The translations under genes were made by a program, and so were the position numbers. The notes under the pieces were generated by a model that did no database searches, was not told where the DNA came from, and saw only the letters and a list, made by a program, of their open reading frames with translations. A stretch of 64,000 nucleotides of DNA. Origin: an uncultured candidate division Zixibacteria bacterium. GTDB lineage: Bacteria; Zixibacteria; MSB-5A5; RBG-16-43-9. The DNA lies in contig OY970208.1 in assembly GCA_963713865.1 (NCBI GenBank), forward strand, positions 576,001-640,000, in the 5' to 3' direction. This document shows, piece by piece, positions 50,450 through 61,269 of the stretch. Numbering within the stretch: the stretch's first letter is position 1; each line of letters starts with the position of its first letter.

Positions 50450-51487
50450 ATGAAGGCCATAAATTTATTAACCTGTTTTGCTCTTACCTTTTCCACAAGT
50501 TCAGGGATAACCTTTGCTTCCCAGGCTAATTCTGATATGGATTCTATCATCTTCAAAGGGATAGATTTTATTCATCAGGATAAATTCGATTCCGGGATTG
50601 CAGAGTTCAAAAAGGTGGTTCAGCTTTATCCGGATGAGCCAGCAGGGTATTTTTTCATAGCCGCATCTTTACAGACCTTGATCGACGATTACCGAAATGA
50701 TAAATATAAAGCTGATTTTGAAAAATATATTAACCTATCCGTTGAAAAAGGGGATAAAAAGGTGGAACAGGACCCGAATTCAGCTCTTGACCATTTCTAT
50801 TTAGGTGGCTCCCTGGGCTATCGAGGGATTTACCGCTCATTTAGAGGGAACTGGTGGGGTGCGTTCCGGGACGGAGGAAAAGCTCATTCCCATCTGAAAA
50901 AAGCTGTGGAACTGAACCCGAATCTATATGATGCCTATTTCGGACTGGGATCTTATCATTACTGGAGAAGCGTCAAATCCAAGCTTTTCTGGTGGCTTCC
51001 ATTTTTCGGGGATGAGAGGAAGAAAGGGATTCAGGAGACTATGCTTGCCATCCAGAAGGGGAAATATGCCAAAGATGAAGCTGCTTATTCCCTGTTAAGG
51101 ATTTATCTGGAGGAAAAAGACTATACCTCTGTTTTAAAATGGAGTCAGGAGGTAAAAAGGATAAAAGAGGATGACCCATTCCGCTTGTGGATGACCGGCT
51201 TTGCTTATATCGGTTTGAAAAACTGGATTGATGCACAAAAAATATTTCTGGATTTATTAAATGTTCTGAAGTCTTCTCCCTATTATGACCCTGCGGGTGA
51301 ATACGAATGCAGATACTGGTTGGCATATATCTATTTCAACCAGGGGGATATACAGACTGCTCAGGATGAGCTGAATAAAGCTTTATCTTTTGAGCCCCAG
51401 GTAAAGGGAAACGATTATGCAGAACCATTTGCTGATAAAATAAAAGACCTGCAAAAGGATATCTCACAAAAATTAAAATCTAAATGA
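50450..51487 (+). CDS. Exported tetratricopeptide-repeat protein
   Basis: Signal peptide; helical TPR repeats; GNWW.AFR..KKAVEL...YDAY.GLGSYHYW. Confidence 0.8.
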   Translation: MKAINLLTCFALTFSTSSGITFASQANSDMDSIIFKGIDFIHQDKFDSGIAEFKKVVQLYPDEPAGYFFIAASLQTLIDDYRNDKYKADFEKYINLSVEKGDKKVEQDPNSALDHFYLGGSLGYRGIYRSFRGNWWGAFRDGGKAHSHLKKAVELNPNLYDAYFGLGSYHYWRSVKSKLFWWLPFFGDERKKGIQETMLAIQKGKYAKDEAAYSLLRIYLEEKDYTSVLKWSQEVKRIKEDDPFRLWMTGFAYIGLKNWIDAQKIFLDLLNVLKSSPYYDPAGEYECRYWLAYIYFNQGDIQTAQDELNKALSFEPQVKGNDYAEPFADKIKDLQKDISQKLKSK

Positions 51488-52539
51488 AATTTCTCTTTTC
51501 CATTTTATTATTCATCAGTTTTTTAATCTACCCTTTGTCTGCTTTTCCTTCCAGTGAGTCCGCCGGACAATCTCAGGATTCTCTCTCTTATATTAACCTT
51601 ATATTAGAGGGGATAGATGCTACCCTAAACGAGAACTATCTTTATGCTGAGAACATGTTCAAGCAGATGGTAAACTCAGATTCCCAGAATCCGGCTGGTC
51701 ATTTCTTCTTGGGTGCGTTATACCAGGCAGAGATGATGGATTATGAAGGTGATTTCAAGGAGGAGGAGTTTTACACTACTCTGGAAACTACCATTAGATT
51801 AGCCAAGAAAAGGATTAAGGCAGGAAATGAAACCCCCTGGGATTATCTTTATTTGGGAAACTCTTATGGTTATTTAGGGGTCTATAAAGCCCGTAAAGGG
51901 AACTGGTGGTCAGCTTTTAGAAGCGCCTTAAAGGCTAAATCGGCTTTTAAAAAAGCAGTGGAGCTTGATTCCACCCTTTACGATGCCTATGTCGGGCTGG
52001 GCTCATATCATTACTGGACCAGTCATTTCACCAAGACTTTTGCCTGGCTGCCGTTTTTTGCAGATGAAAGGAAAAGAGGTATCCGGGAAATAAAATTGGC
52101 TTCAGAGAAAAGTCTTTTTTCCAGAGCTGCCGCTTTAAATGCTCTTATCTGGATCTATATCAAAGAGAAAGATTATCCCAAAGCCATTGAGTTAGCAATG
52201 AATTTACAAAAAGAATATCCTGACGGGAAAATCTTCTTATGGGCTTTAGCCACGGCTTATTATGAGAAATATGACTGGGATAAAGCCATAGAATATTATA
52301 ATCTGATACAAAATAAACTCAAAAACAATCCTGCGGAAAACTATTATAACCTGATAGAATGCTATTACCGCATTGCCGATTCGTATTTCAACTCCGGAGA
52401 TTTCGCTGAGTGTATCCACGTCTGCAAAGAGGGATTAAGCTATAATCTAAATTCAAAGACAAAAGAAAGACAGAAAGACAAACTTAACAAGCTCAAAGAG
52501 CTTCTTGAGAAATCCTTAAAAATAACCGGAAAAAAATAA
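51484..52539 (+). CDS. Exported tetratricopeptide-repeat protein (paralogue of upstream gene)
   Basis: Same GNWW/GLGSYHYW/WLPFF.DERK.GI motifs. Confidence 0.8.
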   Translation: MKFLFSILLFISFLIYPLSAFPSSESAGQSQDSLSYINLILEGIDATLNENYLYAENMFKQMVNSDSQNPAGHFFLGALYQAEMMDYEGDFKEEEFYTTLETTIRLAKKRIKAGNETPWDYLYLGNSYGYLGVYKARKGNWWSAFRSALKAKSAFKKAVELDSTLYDAYVGLGSYHYWTSHFTKTFAWLPFFADERKRGIREIKLASEKSLFSRAAALNALIWIYIKEKDYPKAIELAMNLQKEYPDGKIFLWALATAYYEKYDWDKAIEYYNLIQNKLKNNPAENYYNLIECYYRIADSYFNSGDFAECIHVCKEGLSYNLNSKTKERQKDKLNKLKELLEKSLKITGKK

Positions 52540-52710
52540 TAGTAGAACAGACATTCTGTCTGTTCTATCATTTCGTAGTACGATCCTGCTTGTCCCGTCG
52601 TAGGCGGGATCAGGGTCGCAATGTGTAGGGACAGAATATTGTTCTGTCCTTTTTTCTCTCAGTAGTGGAGTTTCTGACACTACGATTAAATAGTAATTTT
52701 TAATCCATTA

Positions 52711-53160
52711 TCATATGTTATTATCGTTTTTAAATCCTTTCAGTAAAGTCAAATAAACACCAAAAATCGTAGATAGAAGCTGCAAGAATGGCGATATGAA
52801 TATCATCAGAACCAGCCAGCCGGTAAAGCTTATTTTCGGGTCATAAAGGATTAGGGGAATCCCGAAATTCTTGAAATCGTATCCAGGGTTGAAAAGCAAT
52901 TTAATCGTAGGTCCCCAGAGGATAGCCATCACCACAAAAGTAAAAAGAGAAGTATTGATCGCATATTTAAAGGTTTTTTTAAAATAATTTTTAGAGTTTT
53001 TTTCTTGCAGAGTCACTCTTCTTACAATATACCATCCGACCACGAATCCAAATAGGATACAGAAGATCGGAACGCCCATCCCCATCCCAACACAAATCAA
53101 ATCGAGAAAAGCAAAAATTAAAAAGGTTATTTTGATGTTTAATTTAAAAATTCTATCCGT
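52711..53160 (-). CDS. Hypothetical membrane protein (start uncertain)
   Basis: GMGMGVPIF, FGIPLILY.P..SF.GWLVLMI.ISP; frame open to ACG at 53160. Confidence 0.55.
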   Translation of the reverse strand, partial: TDRIFKLNIKITFLIFAFLDLICVGMGMGVPIFCILFGFVVGWYIVRRVTLQEKNSKNYFKKTFKYAINTSLFTFVVMAILWGPTIKLLFNPGYDFKNFGIPLILYDPKISFTGWLVLMIFISPFLQLLSTIFGVYLTLLKGFKNDNNI

Positions 53161-53163
53161 AGC

Positions 53164-54141
53164 TCACTTTCGATAAGATGCAATCGCTTCCTCCAGCGCT
53201 ATGCGAATTGGAGTATAGGTTATACCCAGCTCCTTTTCCGCCTTAGTTCCATCAAACCTGAAACTTTCTTTCATAACCTTCATCTGATCCACGGACATTC
53301 CCCAGATAGGAGGTTTCTTTATGAGGTTGGCTAAAAATGTCAGAAGTTTAGCATTAACCATAACCATAAAAGAAGGAAGACTTATTTTGGGCAGGGGAAC
53401 ACCGGAGATTTCACTTACCATCTGGTTTATCTCTCCAAATGTCAGTTGATATTTACCTGCTAAGTATTTTTCACCGAGATTATTTTCCTTTTCTGTCGCT
53501 CGGACGATCGTCTCAGCTACATCACTAACATGCACAAAAGTCATGATTGAATCGTTGAACACAGTAGCTGGTAATTTTCGATCCATCAAATCCTTAATAT
53601 ATTTACCAGTAGCCTTGGGATCACCTGGTCCTAAAACTGCACCCGGGTATACCATCACCAGAGGAAGTTTCATTTTTTCATAGAGTTCCCAGGCAATCAG
53701 ATCCCCTTCGTATTTAGTCCGGAAATATTCGCTGAACTGAACTGGACCAACCGGGCTATCTTCAGTAAAAGGACAGTCTGCTGGTTTTCCAAAGATACCT
53801 GCGGTACTGATATGCACTACTTTGGAGATACCTTTTTCCAGGGCAGATTCCATAACATTTCTGGTACCTTCGATATTGACTTTGTTGTAAATCTTACGGT
53901 CAGGTTCCCAGAAAGAATAAAGGTTTGCCAGGTTAATCACCCAATCACAACCTATCATCCCTTTAAGCAGTGATTCTTTGTCAGTTACATCGCCGGTTAT
54001 GATGTTAACACCTAATTCCTTTAGGTGAGTAACATCGCTGGTTTTCCTTGCCAGACAAAACATTTTGTGTTGGGTCTGTGCCAATCTTCTAACCACATGA
54101 GTGCCAATGAATCCTGTAGCTCCAGTTATAAATATTTTCAT
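53164..54141 (-). CDS. NAD-dependent epimerase/dehydratase (dihydroflavonol reductase-like)
   Basis: ITGATGFIG, NIEGTRN, YFRTK catalytic motif, VLGPGD. Confidence 0.88.
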   Translation of the reverse strand: MKIFITGATGFIGTHVVRRLAQTQHKMFCLARKTSDVTHLKELGVNIITGDVTDKESLLKGMIGCDWVINLANLYSFWEPDRKIYNKVNIEGTRNVMESALEKGISKVVHISTAGIFGKPADCPFTEDSPVGPVQFSEYFRTKYEGDLIAWELYEKMKLPLVMVYPGAVLGPGDPKATGKYIKDLMDRKLPATVFNDSIMTFVHVSDVAETIVRATEKENNLGEKYLAGKYQLTFGEINQMVSEISGVPLPKISLPSFMVMVNAKLLTFLANLIKKPPIWGMSVDQMKVMKESFRFDGTKAEKELGITYTPIRIALEEAIASYRK

Positions 54142-54298
54142 TTTTCTCTCCTCTCATGATTTCCCCTCCCTTGATGAGAGGGGTAAGGGGGTGTAGCCTC
54201 CCTAACCCTCTCCCGCGAGGGGAGAGGGGATTTTCGTAGTGCGCCCCTTTAGGTCGCCAAAGCTGTAGAGACGCATGCTATGCGTCTCTACCTCTTAA

Positions 54299-55066
54299 TT
54301 ACCTGGCTGTATATCCTCCATCTATGACTAATTCACTTCCGGTAACGAATTTCGATTCGTCTGATGCCAGGTAAATAATCCCGAAAGCGATATCCACAGG
54401 CTCACCTATATGTCCAATTGGCTGCAAGCTGTCCAGCATTTTTCGTCCGGCTTTAATCTCACCCTGGGATTTTAGAAAGTTTTCTAACATAGGTGTCCAG
54501 ATAAACCCGGGATGAACTGAATTTACTCTAATATTATCTTTGGCATAAAGGAAAGCATCTGTTTTGGTCATAATCCTCACCGCACCCTTAGAGGCATGAT
54601 AGGGCGGCACATCCGGCGCACTCACGATTCCATAAATGGAGGAAAGATTAATGATGCTTCCATCTCCGGCTTTTCTCATATAAGGGATCGAATGTTTGGT
54701 GCAGAAGAAAACCCCCTTAACATTAACCGCCATAACCCTATCCCATTCCTCTTCAGTTATCTCGTCTGTCGGCTTGCTCACCCCGGAAATCCCGGCATTG
54801 TTCACCAGCACGTTGATTTTTCCAAAGGTTTTATAAATGTCCGCAAACACCTTCCGCACCTCTTCTTCTTTTGAAACATCCAGGTGCCAGAACTTTGCTA
54901 ACCCACCAGAATTTTTGATCTCATCTACTGTCTTTTGCCCCTCTTTATCTAAGATATCTGTCACCGCTACCTTTGCCCCTTCCTTTGCTAAGTAAAGACA
55001 GGTGGACTTACCAATTCCCAATGCCCCACCAGTAATGATGGCTACTTTGTTTTCCAATCTGCCCAT
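54299..55066 (-). CDS. Classical short-chain dehydrogenase/reductase
   Basis: TGGALGIG, NNAG, NLSS, YHASK, VNSVHPG, VTGSELVIDGG. Confidence 0.93.
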   Translation of the reverse strand: MGRLENKVAIITGGALGIGKSTCLYLAKEGAKVAVTDILDKEGQKTVDEIKNSGGLAKFWHLDVSKEEEVRKVFADIYKTFGKINVLVNNAGISGVSKPTDEITEEEWDRVMAVNVKGVFFCTKHSIPYMRKAGDGSIINLSSIYGIVSAPDVPPYHASKGAVRIMTKTDAFLYAKDNIRVNSVHPGFIWTPMLENFLKSQGEIKAGRKMLDSLQPIGHIGEPVDIAFGIIYLASDESKFVTGSELVIDGGYTAR

Positions 55067-55243
55067 TTTTGACCTCCTGAATAGTTTGAGCTTAAGTTCT
55101 ATTGTGATAAAATCTCATCTATGCAATTTAATATTTTACATTTTTAAAAACTTCTCCAATATCTGGATTCAGATAATCCACCTTTCAACCGGAGAGCTTC
55201 AAAAAAAACATTATAAAAAAGTAAATCCAATCCTTATAAAAAT

Positions 55244-56569
55244 TTATTCATGAAACACAACTTTTCCATCCATTAATACTATATGGGTGGTTTTTATATT
55301 TTTAATATCCTCAAGAGGATTTTTATTTAAGATCAAGATACTTCCCTTTTTGCCTGGTGAAATGGAGCCTGACTGGTTGGTAATGCCCAGCCATTCAGCC
55401 GGATATATGGTTGCTCCTCTGATAATCTCCGATTCTGAAAGTCCAACCTCCTTCAGCAATTGCATCTCTTTAAAAGTAAATCCTGGATTCCAGCCATCTT
55501 GTCCCACCAGGATCTTTGTGCCTTGTTTCATTATCTCTTTTGTAATAAAACAACTTATTTCATACAAAATTTCAAAACGTTTCTTAAACTTATCGAGCTC
55601 GTCTTCGCGGTATGCTTCAGGGTGCTCCGCATAATTTTTAAAAACATGCAAGGTTGGACAGAAATATACCCCGTTCTCCAGCATCTTATCTGTCAACTGT
55701 CTAAGTTTTGTTACTGAAATGGAATCAACCCCTGACAAAAACATTTCATTAATGAAAGCCTCCTTTTCTTCGGGATTAGCATCTATCAGTTTATCATGCT
55801 CTGATTTCAGATCATCCTTTAATACAGCATACCAGGCAGATTTTCCATGCTCAAAACATCTGATACCCAAATCTATGCCTCTATCCACTGGAACTGAATG
55901 AAAAAATGTTGGACCCGGGTCATTAGTAACAGGGAGGTTATGTTCTTTTGCTTCATCCAGCAAATGCCTTAAAACATCTAGATCAAACTTCCCGAATGTT
56001 TTAACCAGACTTGCGCCTTGGTTTGAAATTTGCTCGATGATGTTTTTTGCGTCTTGCCTTGAATTGACCGCCACCGTAAATTCAGGCCAGCGCTTGTTAT
56101 TCTCTTCACCCCTTAAGGGACTCTTTTCAAGCATTGGACCCGCATAGAATATATCAGGGCCTAAATACTCTCCCCGGGTAATCTTATCCTTCAAATCCTT
56201 GAGGGTCTTAACTGGACCACCCACATCCCGTATTTGAGTGATCCCCTTTATTACGAACTCTTTCAGGACTTGTTTTTCTAACTCATCTTCTTGAGCGATT
56301 CCTTCAATGCCACATTCTTTCAATATCTCTTTTTTAGTCTCGTCCTCCTGGTTTGTCAACATAGTTAAATGGGCATGAGATTCAAAAAGTCCGGGGATTG
56401 CATATTTCCCTGAGCAATCATAATATTTCAGGTTTTCCTTATCTGTGCAGTCAATTTTGCCTATTTCTTTGACAATACTATCTTCAATCAGGATATCCAG
56501 ATTTCTCCTCAAAATGTCATTTTCGACATCAAGGAGATTGATATCATTTAATAAGATCCGTCCCGTCAT
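55244..56569 (-). CDS. Amidohydrolase-family protein
   Basis: PGLFESHAH, GIT..RDVG, EHG, GQD, ATIYPA..LG..GSI.PGK. Confidence 0.8.
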   Translation of the reverse strand: MTGRILLNDINLLDVENDILRRNLDILIEDSIVKEIGKIDCTDKENLKYYDCSGKYAIPGLFESHAHLTMLTNQEDETKKEILKECGIEGIAQEDELEKQVLKEFVIKGITQIRDVGGPVKTLKDLKDKITRGEYLGPDIFYAGPMLEKSPLRGEENNKRWPEFTVAVNSRQDAKNIIEQISNQGASLVKTFGKFDLDVLRHLLDEAKEHNLPVTNDPGPTFFHSVPVDRGIDLGIRCFEHGKSAWYAVLKDDLKSEHDKLIDANPEEKEAFINEMFLSGVDSISVTKLRQLTDKMLENGVYFCPTLHVFKNYAEHPEAYREDELDKFKKRFEILYEISCFITKEIMKQGTKILVGQDGWNPGFTFKEMQLLKEVGLSESEIIRGATIYPAEWLGITNQSGSISPGKKGSILILNKNPLEDIKNIKTTHIVLMDGKVVFHE

Positions 56570-56730
56570 TTTTTTTCTTCTTCTCCTTAATCCTTTAAAT
56601 TCGAACCATATTCTCTTTGTCTTCCACCCTGCCCATTTTTGACCTCTTAGTATGTCAACCATCCCAAGGTGTGGTTGACAATTTGTATCTTTTTTGTCAG
56701 GCAGTACACCAAAAAGCGGACATACCTGAC

Positions 56731-57510
56731 CTACAAATTTGAGACCTTTAAATAAGTCTCCTTCAGCCAGGGATCATCCTGAATGAGACGAACGAAGTTG
56801 GTTTGAACTGTCTGTATGATAACCTGGACAGTTACCTTTCTTAGCTCTGCTATAGCTTGAACAACATCTTTTATCAATAAAGGCATTCCAGGTTCACCTG
56901 TCAACCACTTTTGCCCACCGGGATTGTCTGTTTCGGTAAGCAATTGTTCATCTAGCAATTTCCGGACAATGGTCTGTATATGTTCTGAATATAGCACTTC
57001 TACCCCTATGGTGAAATATAATCCTCTGGCTAATAGTCCTTGGAAAATATCGAGAGGTCCTGAATACCAGTGGACAATAGCCCTGTGAATATCATAGTCT
57101 TTGAGCAGTTGCAGGACTTCTTTTTCCGCCCCTCTGGAGTGCAGGTTCACCATCTTCTTTTGTTCTTTGGCTGCGGAAAGAAAGAACTCAAAAATTTTAA
57201 GCTGGGCTGGAAACTGGTCAGCATCTTCTGCAGAGTGGAAGTCTAATCCGATTTCACCCAGAAGGGGGCATTGTTCGACGGCATCCCTTAAAGCATCCAG
57301 ATGGTCAACATATTCAGGAGCATTCAAGGGGTGCACGCCAAAACATGGCAATATGAACTTGCATCTTTCAGCTATCTTCAGGTTTCGCCTGTATGAGGGA
57401 AGATCCATCGAGTTGCTCAGGGTAAAGATTTTGTTCTGGTTTATCTCTTCTAAAACTGAATCCAGCTTATCCTCGTACCTGTCCAGATGTGCGTGGGCAT
57501 CGATGAACAT
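56731..57510 (-). CDS. TatD-family hydrolase
   Basis: IDAHAH, GVHP, GEIGLD, HSRGAE, VHWYSG, LTETDNP. Confidence 0.88.
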   Translation of the reverse strand: MFIDAHAHLDRYEDKLDSVLEEINQNKIFTLSNSMDLPSYRRNLKIAERCKFILPCFGVHPLNAPEYVDHLDALRDAVEQCPLLGEIGLDFHSAEDADQFPAQLKIFEFFLSAAKEQKKMVNLHSRGAEKEVLQLLKDYDIHRAIVHWYSGPLDIFQGLLARGLYFTIGVEVLYSEHIQTIVRKLLDEQLLTETDNPGGQKWLTGEPGMPLLIKDVVQAIAELRKVTVQVIIQTVQTNFVRLIQDDPWLKETYLKVSNL

Positions 57511-57557
57511 ATTTCCTCTCATCTATATAGAAAATCAGAGAATTGTTTTTATCTTAT

Positions 57558-58535
57558 TCATTTTGAACTAATTCTTTTTATAATGCGATAAACCAATAAA
57601 GTTATCCATCTGCTCGGCAACTCTTTTTGACCAAAGTCGAAATCAGAAAAAACATTGTGTACAGATTCTGCGTAGAAACGACCATTTTTATCCTTTTTTG
57701 AAATAAGCAGGTCTATCATCTCCTTAATCCTGTGATCATTTTTTATAAATTCAAACTGCGAAAGGATATCTAAATATTTTAAGATTCGATAATCGGTAAA
57801 AGGATATTTTAGTTTTTCCCAGCCTTTACCAATCTGTGAATCATGACCGGCATATTTTATCTTACCTCTGTTATCCCAGCATTTCAGGAGAAACTCTACG
57901 CCTCGTTGGGCAACTTTACCCTTCTTCAGTTCAGGATTTTGAGCTAATGCGCCAAGAACACACAAAGTTGCATAAGCACAGCTTGGCTCTTTTTCTCTGG
58001 GCTTACCCGGAAGTCCGCTATTTTTACACCAGAAACCGCCATCCAGTCGCTGTCGTTTTACGAACCACCCATAAGCTTCTCTTAATCGTGGCTCACTCAT
58101 ATAACCTGACTTTGCTAAAGATTCGGTTAAAATGCCAGTAAAACAATCACCTGAAGTAGGTGGAGGTGCCCAGCCAAAACCTCCATCCGGAAACTGGGTG
58201 CTAAAAACATACTAACCAGCACGGGCAATCTTTTTGTTCTTCGCTGTGAAGCCAAAATCAGCCAAGACTCCTAACAACCAGAAAGTGGTATCTTTCCTGG
58301 GCCACCAGGTATAAATATCTTTTGGAGTTCCCCAGTATCCATCCTTATTCTGCTTATCAAAGATTTTTTTAACTAGCTTGTTTTCATACACCAATTTTTC
58401 AGTTGCAAGAACCTCTTTATCTTCTCTTTTTTTATCTAAAAGGTCTATCAGGGTTCGATATCTAACAAAACTCTCACCCTCAAGAAGCCAATCTACTGGC
58501 ATTAATTCTTTGAATTTTTTCAAGTTATCCTGCAT
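57558..58535 (-). pseudogene. Prenyltransferase/squalene-oxidase-repeat (alpha/alpha barrel) protein interrupted by an in-frame TAG at 58212-58214
   Basis: Two ORFs in one frame: ..IARAG*YVFSTQFPDGGFG..; Q..DGYW, Q..DGGF repeats, PSRWITL. Confidence 0.7.
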
Positions 58536-58565
58536 TTATCTGAGTCCCGGTGATATATTTTCCAT

Positions 58566-59327
58566 CTATGAACTCACCTCCATAAAATGGAAAGGGTCGT
58601 CATATTTGGCAATTATCCCCAATTCTTTCTGTTTTTCCAGAACTCTTGTCATCGCTTTAGCATGAACCCTATTGTGCCAGATAAACCTCCTTAAAATTTT
58701 TTTGAGAGTCCAGGGCTCATCCTCCACATTAAATATTAAAGAGTTATTGTTCACCCGATATAATTTTTCGATCTTCGCAATGCAGAACTCTCTGATTTTT
58801 ATGAAATCCTCCTCTTTCTTATCAAATGTGATCTTGGTCCTTGATAGGTAGTAGTATTGGCACCTTTTCACGTGGTCGAATATCTCCTGTATGGTCTTTG
58901 GATTTTCCCCATAAAAAGTTTTCCTGATCCTCGACTCATCCATCCACTCTTTAAATCTGGTTTTATTATAAAGCTGTAAGAAGGTCTCTTCAGAATACCG
59001 GACCAGATCAACCAAATTTCTGAATTCTTCTTCCCCCATTACTTCTTTGTCTGCTTCTAACAAAATCTCATTATCCGCATCCTCAACCGCCAATGAGCTC
59101 TGATGATTTTGAACAATTTGAATCTTATAGTCGGGCTTTTGTTTGATACCCAACCACTTCAGATATAAATTCACTTCTCGATTCAGTTTGGAAATAGCTT
59201 CTTCTTCAGTTCTACCACGTATATAAGCACCTGGCAATTCCACTAAATACCCAATGTACCCCTTTCCATTAGTTTCGAATCCTATGGAAATTAAATTGGT
59301 AAATTTTAGGTATGGTTTTTTTAACAT
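58566..59327 (-). CDS. HicB-like N-terminal domain + DinB-like helical domain protein
   Basis: ELPGAYIRGRTEEEA; TIQEIFDHV; WTLKKILRRFIWHNRVH. Confidence 0.6.
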   Translation of the reverse strand: MLKKPYLKFTNLISIGFETNGKGYIGYLVELPGAYIRGRTEEEAISKLNREVNLYLKWLGIKQKPDYKIQIVQNHQSSLAVEDADNEILLEADKEVMGEEEFRNLVDLVRYSEETFLQLYNKTRFKEWMDESRIRKTFYGENPKTIQEIFDHVKRCQYYYLSRTKITFDKKEEDFIKIREFCIAKIEKLYRVNNNSLIFNVEDEPWTLKKILRRFIWHNRVHAKAMTRVLEKQKELGIIAKYDDPFHFMEVSS

Positions 59328-59328
59328 A

Positions 59329-59767
59329 TCATTTCTGCTCTGGCTCATAGATCTTGGGACTGCTCCAGTCATTTCTCCATTCGATTTGCTTAGGGATAAT
59401 TTTCAGCACACAAAAATCTTTGGATTCAGGACCTTCCGGGAAATGCTCAAATAGATTGAAAGTTGCCAAACCCCAGAACCCTCTTTTTCTTCTCCATATC
59501 TGTAACTATCTCCGCTTCACCTAAAACGATTGCGGCTTTTTCTCCATTGGGCTGTTCCACAAAAGCAAGACAGACCTTGGGATTTTGCTTTATCTGACTT
59601 ACTTTCCGGGAACAGCAAAAAGTGGTTACCCAGATAGACATATCATCTTCCACAATCGGAGAAACCGGACGCACTCTCGGCTGGTCACCATCACAGGTTG
59701 CCAGGTAAGTATGAAGACAGGTTTTTTTCATTATAGCTACTATCTTCTCTTTATCAGTAGAGCTCAT
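59329..59767 (-). CDS. Pyridoxamine 5'-phosphate oxidase-like FMN-binding protein, apparent +1 frameshift at ~59477
   Basis: LAT.DGDQPRVRP, SRKV.QIKQNP.V; the shifted frame gives VW...HFPEGPESKDFCVLKIIP..IEW..EQK*. Confidence 0.8.
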
Positions 59768-59909
59768 TTTAATCCTTCCCTTAAGTTTTTTGTTGGTTCG
59801 TAAATTGGATTTTCCCCCGCCTGAGGCGGGGAATCCTGGTGACCCGGCATATCTTTAACGCCCGATTAGACGATAAATCGATACACTTAAGAACAACGTT
59901 AAGCCACCT

Positions 59910-60569
59910 CTAATCTCCCTCATAGTCTGGAATGATCTTCTTTATGATTCGCTTTTCCTCCTTGAACTCCTGACCTAACTCATGCCAGAATTTCCTTGCT
60001 TTTCTGAGTCCTTTCTCGCCTGATTTTCTTCCTGCTCGGGTATAAAAATCTTCTCTGGCTCCTTTTCTTCCACTCGGAATTTCCATCATCTGTCTTACAT
60101 TCATCCTCTCTTCCCTCATAAAATAATCAAAAACCCTGGCAGCTCCGATATATCCTATTGAGCAGGAAAGAACATCTACATCAAAGCAAACCCTGGCTTC
60201 TAAGCTTTTCGGCTTCTCCGGTCCCCTTGGTCCATGCGATCTGATGCAATGCACCACCCTTTCAATCTCCTTCTTTGTAAAACCAGCTCTCTTTAAATAT
60301 TTAGGTGCTAATTTCACCCCTGCGGAATAATGGTCTTTGCCCAGTTCGGGGTAAAGTCTGCCTACGTCGTGTAATAAAATGCCTGCCAGGACAATTTTTA
60401 TATTTGCCTTCTCCTTTTCACCGATGATAATGCCTTTGGCTAAATCCCTTGAGGTATGTTTCCAGTTGTGATGCACAAGTCCCTTGGAGAGAAAATCAAG
60501 TTTTATTACCTCATACAAAGTTTTTAATTCTGCAAATTTTGAAAGATAGATATTAAGTTTCATAAGCAA
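59910..60569 (-). CDS. HD-domain protein
   Basis: HNWKH..R, LLHDVG, DH, IRSH, D.D. Confidence 0.8.
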   Translation of the reverse strand: MLMKLNIYLSKFAELKTLYEVIKLDFLSKGLVHHNWKHTSRDLAKGIIIGEKEKANIKIVLAGILLHDVGRLYPELGKDHYSAGVKLAPKYLKRAGFTKKEIERVVHCIRSHGPRGPEKPKSLEARVCFDVDVLSCSIGYIGAARVFDYFMREERMNVRQMMEIPSGRKGAREDFYTRAGRKSGEKGLRKARKFWHELGQEFKEEKRIIKKIIPDYEGD

Positions 60570-60692
60570 CTCTCCTTTTTACACAATATCATCAATTGAT
60601 TCTGGATCTGTATTTTTATGTTTGGGGAATTCTCCCCGTAGGGGATCTTGAGACTATCCCCGAATTATCCAGATAAATTTTTACATATCTAC

Positions 60693-61184
60693 TTATTTTT
60701 CAGTCCCTACCCCCTGGTTTCCTGTATCCAGAACCACCTTCCAGGTACCATCTACCTGTTTTTCCCAAACTGTAATATAAGTCCCTTTTGCTATAAGGGG
60801 AATACTATTCTGGCCAGTTGTCTTGAATTCATAAATCCCGTAAGTATATCCTAAATCTCCTGACTTTGAAACCTCCGCAAATGAAGGTTTCCAGGTCAAA
60901 GTGAAATTATCATCTGATGATTTGGACAAAAGTTCTCTAATCGCCTCTATTCCCTCGATCGGTAGACTATTCGGTCGGAGCAAAACCCCATCCTTGGCTA
61001 AATAAGTGAAAAACGCTTCATTCATCCCCTTCTGTTCAGAGAGTTTTGAAAATTCAATATCCGCATTCATCAATGCCTGCTTTTCTTTTTCTATGTCCAC
61101 ATAATTTGAACAGGAGAGAAAGATGATACCTATTAAGAGAAATAAAATTAGAGATTGACCCTTTCTCTCAGTTATAATAACCAT
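60693..61184 (-). CDS. NTF2-like/DUF4440 lipoprotein
   Basis: ATG after AAGGAGGT; lipobox FLSC; SGDLGYTYG, G.YITVW.KQ.DG.WKVVLD. Confidence 0.8.
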   Translation of the reverse strand: MVIITERKGQSLILFLLIGIIFLSCSNYVDIEKEKQALMNADIEFSKLSEQKGMNEAFFTYLAKDGVLLRPNSLPIEGIEAIRELLSKSSDDNFTLTWKPSFAEVSKSGDLGYTYGIYEFKTTGQNSIPLIAKGTYITVWEKQVDGTWKVVLDTGNQGVGTEK

Positions 61185-61269
61185 CTGCTCAACCTCCTTT
61201 ATAGATTTATGTGATACGTCGACATTAGGAAATGCCAATGCTTTTAAAACTCACAACAGCCTTCTTGAC

